Assembly: GCA_027001995.1 (NCBI GenBank)
Contig: JALTLO010000164.1
Span: forward strand, 1-10,924
Reading direction: 5' to 3'
DNA: 10,924 nucleotides
Source of the DNA: Planctomycetota bacterium
Lineage (GTDB): Bacteria > Planctomycetota > GCA-002687715 > DRQF01
The notes under the pieces are model-generated. The model searched no databases. It saw only the letters and a list, made by a program, of their open reading frames with translations, and was not told where the DNA came from. Below are positions 1-6,293 of this stretch, in pieces; position 1 is the first letter of the stretch; each line of letters begins with the position of its first letter. Position numbers and translations under genes: made by a program.

Positions 1-326
1 GTCAGAGGGGGAACACTCAGGCGAATGACCTTCCCATCGCTGTTGGGTGTGAGGCCCAAGTTGGCAGCTAAGATGGCTTTCTCAATAGACTTGATCTGGC
101 TCACGTCAAATGGTTTGACGGCGATCGTTTTGGCGTCGGGAGTGGTGATCTGAGCCAACTGGCCCAAAGGAGTCATGGAGCCATAATAGTCGACTCGAAC
201 CGTCTCAATCAGACCACTGGATGCCCGCCCTGTGCGCAGACCTTTGAGTTCGTCCCCCAAGAATTCAACACACTTGGCCATCTTCGTCTTGCATTCAGCA
301 AGAATTCCGTCGTAGGACAATTCCAT
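1..326 (-). CDS. frr: Ribosome recycling factor (5' part; truncated by left window edge)
   Basis: Not in the ORF track; translated by hand from ATG at 326: MELSYDGILAECKTKMAKCVEFLGDELKGLRTGRASSGLIETVRVDYYGSMTPLGQLAQITTPDAKTIAVKPFDVSQIKSIEKAILAANLGLTPNSDGKVIRLSVPPL. It has the RRF hallmarks LRTGRA, V.YYG..TPL..LA and LGL.P..DG..IR...PPL. A purine-rich GGAAGGAAAG lies upstream, and the gene follows pyrH as in the canonical operon. Confidence 0.97.
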   Translation of the reverse strand, partial: MELSYDGILAECKTKMAKCVEFLGDELKGLRTGRASSGLIETVRVDYYGSMTPLGQLAQITTPDAKTIAVKPFDVSQIKSIEKAILAANLGLTPNSDGKVIRLSVPPL

Positions 327-361
327 CGCGTCACTTTCCTTCCGCCAGCGCCAAAATCAAA

Positions 362-1108
362 CTAATCCGTAATCAAGGTGCCGATGGACGGATCACCGCT
401 GATTACTTTTTCAATATTTCTAGCTTCGATCATGTTGAAAACCACAATCGGAATTTCGGCCTCACGGCACATCGTCAAGGCCGTGTGGTCCATCACTTCA
501 ATATGACGATTGATCACATCGAGATAGCCGATTCGATCAAAGAGTGAGGCATCGTCATGCTTGACCGGGTCTTTGTCGTAGACGCCCCCGACCTTGGTGC
601 CTTTGAGAATGATATCGCATCCCAACTCCCGAGCACGCAAGGCAGCCGCCGTATCGGTGCTAACAAAGGGGTTTCCGGTGCCAGCAGCCAAGATAACAAT
701 ACGCCCCTTGGACAAATGGCGGTCTGCCCGCCTGCGGATGTAGGGCTCAACAACGGAATTGATTTCGATAGCGGAAAGAACGCGGGTGTCTAAACCCATA
801 GCTTCCAATCCACCCTGAATTGCCAAGGCATTGATGACCGTGCCAAGCATCCCCATGTAGTCAGCCTGGGCACGGTCAATATCGAGGTTGGTGGCTTGTT
901 TGCCCCGCATCAAGTTGCCGCCGCCGGTGACGACGGCAACTTGCATGCCGGCATTGTGGACTGTGGCAATCTGAAGGCAACACCTCTCAATCGCGTCTCG
1001 ATCAAATCCGGACTCGCCCTGGTTGCACAGAGACTCTCCGCTGACCTTCAAAAGGACACGATGATAGGGGCCACGTTCTGAAATGTGGCCTTCGTCTTCC
1101 GACGCCAT
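362..1108 (-). CDS. pyrH: UMP kinase
   Basis: Motifs RVLLKVSGE, VVTGGGNLMRG, ADYMGMLGTVINALA, AGTGNPFVSTDTAAALRA, GVYDKDP and VMD.TA; lies between tsf and frr. Confidence 0.98.
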   Translation of the reverse strand: MASEDEGHISERGPYHRVLLKVSGESLCNQGESGFDRDAIERCCLQIATVHNAGMQVAVVTGGGNLMRGKQATNLDIDRAQADYMGMLGTVINALAIQGGLEAMGLDTRVLSAIEINSVVEPYIRRRADRHLSKGRIVILAAGTGNPFVSTDTAAALRARELGCDIILKGTKVGGVYDKDPVKHDDASLFDRIGYLDVINRHIEVMDHTALTMCREAEIPIVVFNMIEARNIEKVISGDPSIGTLITD

Positions 1109-1113
1109 AGAAA

Positions 1114-1713
1114 TTACTCGCCGATACGGTACTTAGTAAATCGTGCGATCGAGATATTCTCCCCGATCTTACCAACCAAGTTCGTCACCAACTGACCAAT
1201 GCTCAAGTCGGGATTCTTGACGAACGGTTGCTCCAGAAGAGCAACTGAGCGTTTGTATTTAGCCATGCGACCTTCAACGATCTTTGGCCAAAACTCCTCA
1301 GGCTTGCCAGATTCCTTGGCTTGGCCTTCGTAAATTTCTTTTTCCTTGGCCAAAAGTTCTGCTGGAATATCTTCCGCTGCCAAAGACACGGGGGCAGGGT
1401 CAGCAGCAGCGATGTGCATGCAAATGTCTGTCATGCAAGCACCAAAGTCATCGTTGCGGGCACAGAAGTCTGTTTCGCAGTGCATCTCCAAGAGGACGCC
1501 CACTTTGCCATTCGTATGAATGTAGGAGTGAACGCGACCTTCAGCAGTCACCCGATCTGATTTCTTGGCCGCTTTCGAGACGCCGCGCTTACGCAACCAA
1601 TCAATCGCTTTTTCCAAGTTGCCATCCGACTCTTCAAGAGCCTTCTTGCAGTCCATCATGGGAGCATCAGTTTTCCCACGGAGTTCCTTAACTTGCTGGG
1701 CGGTAATCGCCAT
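1114..1713 (-). CDS. tsf: Translation elongation factor Ts (short, ~199-aa form)
   Basis: N-terminal VKELR.KT.A.MMDCKKAL, LRKRG...AAKK..R.TAEG, CETDF (EF-Tu-contacting motif), KIVEGR and LLEQPFVK. SD-like GAGGA upstream of ATG 1713; directly downstream of rpsB. Confidence 0.98.
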   Translation of the reverse strand: MAITAQQVKELRGKTDAPMMDCKKALEESDGNLEKAIDWLRKRGVSKAAKKSDRVTAEGRVHSYIHTNGKVGVLLEMHCETDFCARNDDFGACMTDICMHIAAADPAPVSLAAEDIPAELLAKEKEIYEGQAKESGKPEEFWPKIVEGRMAKYKRSVALLEQPFVKNPDLSIGQLVTNLVGKIGENISIARFTKYRIGE

Positions 1714-1741
1714 GACTCATCCTCGTTTTTTGCAGATTCAA

Positions 1742-1762
1742 GGTTGCCGTTCGTCGGCAACC
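1742..1762. terminator. Perfect 8-bp hairpin in the rpsB-tsf spacer (possible attenuator/terminator or stability element)
   Basis: GGTTGCCG (1742-1749) - TTCGT - CGGCAACC (1755-1762). The T-run (agtttttggttttc) follows it on the + strand; on the coding (-) strand only TTGAAT follows. Confidence 0.55.
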
Positions 1763-1778
1763 AGTTTTTGGTTTTCGC

Positions 1779-2759
1779 TTAGACTGCTTCGGGACCTGTA
1801 GGCCCTGGTTTTGTTTCAGCAACGTCAGCAGGCTTGACTTCATCTCCAGCAGGAGCTGTAGCTTTAGGTTCTTCTGCCTTCGCAGCCTTTGCCTCTTCAC
1901 CTTGTTGCTCTGCAAGACGACGTTCCCGCTCTTCCCGAGACTTCTTCAAAATCTTGTCGAGCTCAGCTTGCTCAGCAGCCTTCTTCTTTTGATTGGCCAA
2001 CTTGGTCTTCTTGGCTTGCTCTTTTTTCTCGGCTACTTCAGCTTTGCGCTTTTGTTCTTGGGCAATGAGCTGAGCATGAGCTTGACGACCATTCTCAATA
2101 GACTCGGTCATCTTGGCCAAGAGAACTTGCAAACTACGCAGAGCATCGTCGTTACCAGGAACTGCGATATCAACAGAAGTCGGATCGCAATCCGTATCCA
2201 AAATGGCAATCACAGGGATCCCCATCTTCTTGGCTTCGGCAACAGCAGTTCTTTCTTTGCGTGGGTCAACAACAATCAAAGCACCGGGAAGACCATTCAT
2301 GTTCCGGATGCCGTTCAAGTTGCGAAAGATCTTGTTCTTCTCCCGCAAGATGCGGGAGATTTCCTTCTTCTTCAAAGTGTCGAAGGTGCCATCGCTTTCC
2401 ATAGCTTCCAGTTGCTCAAGACGACGCAAGCGAGAGCGAATCGTGGTGAAGTTGGTTAGGATACCGCCCAACCAGCGTTCGGCGACGAAAGGCATGCCGG
2501 TCTTGCCAGCCTCGGCTTCCACCAAACTTTGTGCTTGACGTTTGGTGCCGACGAAAAGAACGCTTTGCCCTTCGGAAGCCAATCCTTGGAGAAATGAACA
2601 GGCTTTAATCAAGCCACGGAGAGTCTCTTTTAAGTCAATAATGTGGATCAGGTTGCGCTTGCCAAAGATGTATGGCGCCATTCTTGGGTTCCAGCGGCTG
2701 GCGCGATGGCCAAAATGAACACCGGCTTCAAGAAGGGTCTTAATAGGAACTCCGAACAT
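1779..2759 (-). CDS. rpsB: 30S ribosomal protein S2 with long charged C-terminal extension
   Basis: LLEAGVHFGH...RWNPRM.PYIFG.RN..HIIDL, VLFVGTK.QA, RWLGG.LTNF.TI, DTDCDP and PGNDDA.RS. SD GGGAGAGAG upstream of ATG 2759. Confidence 0.99.
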   Translation of the reverse strand: MFGVPIKTLLEAGVHFGHRASRWNPRMAPYIFGKRNLIHIIDLKETLRGLIKACSFLQGLASEGQSVLFVGTKRQAQSLVEAEAGKTGMPFVAERWLGGILTNFTTIRSRLRRLEQLEAMESDGTFDTLKKKEISRILREKNKIFRNLNGIRNMNGLPGALIVVDPRKERTAVAEAKKMGIPVIAILDTDCDPTSVDIAVPGNDDALRSLQVLLAKMTESIENGRQAHAQLIAQEQKRKAEVAEKKEQAKKTKLANQKKKAAEQAELDKILKKSREERERRLAEQQGEEAKAAKAEEPKATAPAGDEVKPADVAETKPGPTGPEAV

Positions 2760-2880
2760 AGTCTCTCTCCCAAGGCAGAAGTGCTTTCAGTGGCGCCCCG
2801 ATCTCGCCCCAGCGATCACTCCTTAAGTCTTTATTTATCAAGGGTTTATAATAACGCTGCCCCATCCGGGATCAGGGGTA

Positions 2881-2915
2881 GCCGCGTATTCTAACAGGCG
2901 CTTTCCTTAACCCAA
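2881..2915 (-). promoter_or_regulatory. Putative sigma70 extended -10 promoter of the rpsB-tsf-pyrH-frr operon with GC-rich discriminator
   Basis: Minus strand reads TTGGGT (2915-2910), 16 nt, TAGAAT (2893-2888), with TG in the extended -10 position (TGnTAGAAT), followed by ACGCGGC. This extended -10 plus GC discriminator layout resembles the E. coli rpsB promoter. Predicted TSS is near 2881, giving a ~120-nt leader. Confidence 0.55.
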
Positions 2916-2988
2916 GTGGTGATGTGAGGCACTTTGGAGATCTCAAATTATCCGGGCAAATCAAAATGAAACGCCGCCTCATTCTGAG

Positions 2989-3017
2989 TTGCATCCGGAC
3001 TCTCCTTTGGCCAGCAT
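2989..3017 (+). promoter_or_regulatory. Weak candidate sigma70 promoter for lpxB
   Basis: TTGCAT (2989-2994), 17 nt, CAGCAT (3012-3017), about 60 nt upstream of the probable lpxB start. lpxB is divergent from rpsB and so needs its own promoter. The -10 match is poor. Confidence 0.25.
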
Positions 3018-3077
3018 GGCAGAAGAAAGCTGCGATTTAGCGATCAAGGCAGGTCGCCAACATTGGGGGAGTTCCCA

Positions 3078-4253
3078 TTGACTGAAACCAAGAGAATCTT
3101 TGTCGTGGCCGGTGAGCCCTCCGGGGATATGCATGGATCACACGTCATCCGAGAACTCCGATCCATGGCCCCCAGCATAGAAGTCCGCGGTTTCGGTGGA
3201 CCATTGATGCGGGCTGAAGGCTTCCATCTCTTAGAGGACTTGGCCAGTGATGCCATCATGGGACTTTTTCCTGTCATCAAAGCCCTGCCCCGCATTCGTG
3301 GTTGGTTTGCGAAAGCCCTTCAAGACATGGAGACGAATCGCCCTGATGCCTTGCTTCTCATCGACTATCCAGGATTTAACCTGCGCTTGGCAGCCCGCGC
3401 CAAGAAAATGGGCATTCCGGTGATTTACTACATCAGCCCCCAGGTTTGGGCCTGGAACCAAAAACGAGTCAAAAAAATCCGCGCCGTCGTCGATCTCATG
3501 ATCGTCATTTTGCCCTTTGAAGAGACGTTCTACCGCAAACACAACGTTCATGTTTACTATGCTGGGCACCCTTTGGCTGACCGATTGGCCACGAATGAAG
3601 CAGACCCAAAAACCGTGGCCACACTCAAACAGTTGCCCGGCTCTCCCATGATTGGGCTTTTTCCTGGAAGCCGTCCCCATGTGGTGAAGGCTTTGACCCC
3701 CGAATTCTTAAACGCAGCCCATAAGCTCAAGAACAACCACGGTTTGGGCCAGGCCAGATTCATAGTCGCCGCGGCCAATCAGCCCTTGGCAGATTGGATT
3801 CAGTCTCGCCCCGAGATGGATGGCCTCCCCGTTACGGTCGTCACCCAAGCAGCTTTCGAAGTCATGGAGGTCTCTGATGTTGCCCTCACCACTTCCGGGA
3901 CAACAACCTTGGAGCTGGCAGGCCACCTCACGCCGATGGTCTTAGCCTACAAAGTCTCCCCTATTCTTTTGGCTCTTGGCCGTCTGGTGGTGAAAGTACC
4001 TTTCATCGGCTTAGTCAACTTGATTGCCGAAAAAGCCTGCGTCCCAGAACACATCGGCACCCGCAACATGGCCAAGAACTTGGCGGCTGATTTGTCGATC
4101 CTGGCTTCAGATTCAAAAGCACATGAGAAAGCGATCGCGGAATTGAAGCGTGTGGTAAGAAAGTTAGACGCCCCAGGCTCTTATCAGCGCACGGCCGCCA
4201 AGATTCTGTCTTTCTTAAGTGCCCAATCTCAACCGCCCACGGTCACAGAATAA
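3078..4253 (+). CDS. lpxB: Lipid-A-disaccharide synthase
   Basis: IFVVAGEPSGDMHG, IDYPGFNLRLA, YYISPQVWAW...R, ILPFE..FY, GHPL.D, FPGSR, SGTTTLELA and P.IGLVNLIA. The ORF track starts at TTG 3063; TTG 3078 is preferred because GGGGGAG (3065-3071) is an SD at 6-nt spacing. Confidence 0.97.
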   Translation: MTETKRIFVVAGEPSGDMHGSHVIRELRSMAPSIEVRGFGGPLMRAEGFHLLEDLASDAIMGLFPVIKALPRIRGWFAKALQDMETNRPDALLLIDYPGFNLRLAARAKKMGIPVIYYISPQVWAWNQKRVKKIRAVVDLMIVILPFEETFYRKHNVHVYYAGHPLADRLATNEADPKTVATLKQLPGSPMIGLFPGSRPHVVKALTPEFLNAAHKLKNNHGLGQARFIVAAANQPLADWIQSRPEMDGLPVTVVTQAAFEVMEVSDVALTTSGTTTLELAGHLTPMVLAYKVSPILLALGRLVVKVPFIGLVNLIAEKACVPEHIGTRNMAKNLAADLSILASDSKAHEKAIAELKRVVRKLDAPGSYQRTAAKILSFLSAQSQPPTVTE

Positions 4254-4288
4254 TTGGGAGATGATTTCCTGACGGTCGAACGGCCTTC

Positions 4289-5302
4289 TTAGAGGTCAGC
4301 GTCAGCCAAAGATTGAGAAGCAGAATCAATAATGAGCCGAGCTGTTTCCAAAGCCCGCAAGCCATCTTCACCTGTGACAACCGGATCCGAACCCGTAACA
4401 ATGGAGTCGATGAAGGCTTCATCCTCAGCAGCGAGGGGCTCTACATCTTTGATGACAAGTTGCTCAATACGCACTAAGTCTTTCTGCATAAATTCGAGGG
4501 GATTGGTGATGCGCGCCAGTTCTGGGGAGGTGAGGTCGAGGCCACCTTCTTCGAGAGCCTTGCCCCGGCGAATGATGCGCCCCACCTTCTTGGAGAAATC
4601 TAGGGTGACATACATCTCACGAGAGAACATGCGAATGAGTCGTTCCGTTTTCAACGCAACTCGACTGGCCGTCGCATTGGCAATAGCCCCGTTCTCAAAG
4701 ACCAATCGGGCGTTAGCCAAGTCTTCGTTGACACCAATGACCGGCACACCCACAGCGTGTACCGCTTTCACCGGACTCCCAGTGAGATGCAGAATAATGT
4801 CGATGTCATGAATCATCATGTCGAGGACAACACCAATATCAGCACTACGAAAGCTGAAAGGGCTCACCCGTTGAGAGTCGATAAACCGCGGCTCAAGATC
4901 ATAGGACTTCAAGGCCAAAATGACGGGATTAAAACGTTCGCTATGCCCCACCATCAGGCGTACATCATGAGATCGCGCCAGCTCGCAAAGAGTCTTGGCT
5001 TCTCCCACTGTGCTCGCAATGGGCTTTTCAATGAGAACATGAATCCCCATCGAAATCAGTTTTGATGCCACAGCGCAATGATGGCTCGTCGGGGTTGCGA
5101 TAATGGCGCCATCAATATCAGGTAAGCCATCCAAGTCATGACAAGCCAAGGCCCCATAGAGTGAAGCAACCTCCTGGCTCCTTGCCAAATCGATGTCGCA
5201 GATGGCCTTCAATTGAACCCGAGGATTCTCGTGGAGAATGCGGGCGTGAATGGACCCCAAATGACCAGCACCGATCACCGCAAAACGAAGGGAATCAGAC
5301 AT
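4289..5302 (-). CDS. Gfo/Idh/MocA family NAD-dependent oxidoreductase, GnnA-like (putative UDP-GlcNAc 3-dehydrogenase)
   Basis: Rossmann AVIGAGHLG, HVLIEKP, VGHSERFNP, VVLDMMIHDID and ASRV. Start taken as ATG 5302, which overlaps the lpxA stop (ATGTCTGA). The family call is firm; GnnA function is inferred from its position between lpxA and lpxB. Confidence 0.9.
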   Translation of the reverse strand: MSDSLRFAVIGAGHLGSIHARILHENPRVQLKAICDIDLARSQEVASLYGALACHDLDGLPDIDGAIIATPTSHHCAVASKLISMGIHVLIEKPIASTVGEAKTLCELARSHDVRLMVGHSERFNPVILALKSYDLEPRFIDSQRVSPFSFRSADIGVVLDMMIHDIDIILHLTGSPVKAVHAVGVPVIGVNEDLANARLVFENGAIANATASRVALKTERLIRMFSREMYVTLDFSKKVGRIIRRGKALEEGGLDLTSPELARITNPLEFMQKDLVRIEQLVIKDVEPLAAEDEAFIDSIVTGSDPVVTGEDGLRALETARLIIDSASQSLADADL

Positions 5303-6095
5303 TGCGTCCACGGCCATGGCGACCTCGATCAACACGACGCAGAAAGTCGATAAGTTCTTGCACTTCCGGAGTCAAGTCTTCCAATTGCTCGAACTCAGCC
5401 ACCACCTCGGCCCGAGGTTTTCGAGATCGAAATAGATCGCGATAAACTTTCTTGAGTGCCGTGATGCGCTCTTGTCCAATGCCGTTGCGCTGCAAACCAA
5501 CAATATTGACTTTGCGCACCTTACTCGGGTTGCCTTCGACAATCATGTACGGCGGGACGTCTTGGACAATCCGCGTCAAGCCACCCACATAAGAAAGTTT
5601 GCCGATGGTGGTGAACTGGTGAACAGCCGCAGCGCCATTCAAGATCGCGCGATCTTCAATAATGACATGCCCTGCTAAGAGCGAGTTGTTGGCCATCACG
5701 ATGTTGTCGCCTAAGAGACAATCGTGGGCGATGTGTGCGCAGGCCATAATGAGATTGCCGTTACCAACGCGGGTAAAGCCATCCCCTTTGTGTGTTCCCC
5801 GGTTGACCGTGACGCTCTCGCGGAAGACGTTGCGGTCGCCGACCACCAAATGGGTATCTTCCCCATGCCAGCTCAAGTCTTGAGGATCGCTGCCAATCGA
5901 GGCGTAGGGATAAACGGTGTTGTTGCGCCCCATCTTGGTGTTCATGCCGATGGTGACATGATTCTTCAAGTGGGTGCCATCACCGATCTCGCTGCCTGGC
6001 CCAAGGACGCAGTAGGGTCCGACTTGCACATTCCGCCCCAAGACACTTGTTGGGTGGATCGTCGCTGTCGGATGAATCATTGTGGTTTCGGTCAT
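5295..6095 (-). CDS. lpxA: Acyl-ACP--UDP-N-acetylglucosamine O-acyltransferase
   Basis: Hexapeptide repeats (IHPTATIHPTSVLG...), IG.DPQDL, RESVTVNRGT, AHIAHDC (catalytic His), LAGHV, VHQF, QDVPPY and N.VGL.R.G. Start taken as ATG 6095 (GGTGAG upstream) rather than the track's 6164. Confidence 0.98.
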   Translation of the reverse strand: MTETTMIHPTATIHPTSVLGRNVQVGPYCVLGPGSEIGDGTHLKNHVTIGMNTKMGRNNTVYPYASIGSDPQDLSWHGEDTHLVVGDRNVFRESVTVNRGTHKGDGFTRVGNGNLIMACAHIAHDCLLGDNIVMANNSLLAGHVIIEDRAILNGAAAVHQFTTIGKLSYVGGLTRIVQDVPPYMIVEGNPSKVRKVNIVGLQRNGIGQERITALKKVYRDLFRSRKPRAEVVAEFEQLEDLTPEVQELIDFLRRVDRGRHGRGRNV

Positions 6096-6293
6096 ACTCA
6101 ACTCACCACGAACCACGGTCATCTTATTCTGCGCCAACACGGCTACCGCCACTGTTTGACCCAAACGAAGGTCGTGACGACGAATGAGAAAACCGGCCTT
6201 CAGGCCCGAGGGTCATCTCCATATTACACCCCGGGTTTCCCGTCCGGGTTTGCTGATCATACTCGGCAATTCACTTTTCGACGAGTTATTTCC
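6096..6293 (-). other. Structured 198-nt intergenic region, candidate cis-regulatory RNA/ncRNA
   Basis: Several stems can be drawn by eye on the - strand: a GAAA-capped stem (6229-6253), a long bulged hairpin (6184-6222), alternative small hairpins (6154-6173) and a possible closing helix 6258-6267/6133-6141. No RNA family is confidently recognised. Confidence 0.35.

Noticed and set aside
1688..1915. 75-aa - strand ORF bridging the rpsB end and tsf start
   Set aside because: Alternative frame overlapping both real genes, with no SD or slippery site noticed and no evidence for frameshifting.
1902..2538. 185-aa and 141-aa + strand ORFs; the first is Leu/Phe-rich and looks membrane-like
   Set aside because: The hydrophobicity is simply the reverse complement of Lys/Glu/Gln codons in rpsB.
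2966..3081. Small + strand ORFs upstream of lpxB: MKRRLILSCIRTLLWPAWQKKAAI (2966-3040) and MAEESCDLAIKAGRQHWGSSH (3016-3081, stop overlaps the lpxB TTG)
   Set aside because: Neither has an SD, both overlap the candidate promoter, and ORFs this short are expected by chance.
4254..4288. Bidirectional terminator between the convergent lpxB and oxidoreductase genes
   Set aside because: Only 4-5 bp wobble-rich stems and no U-tract on either strand.
6184..6222. CUGAAG and GAAA elements suggesting a hammerhead ribozyme, or a 6S/SRP RNA in the spacer
   Set aside because: CUGANGA is not matched (CUGAAGG), the element order is wrong, and there is no SRP GNRA-loop consensus or 6S rod with central bubble.
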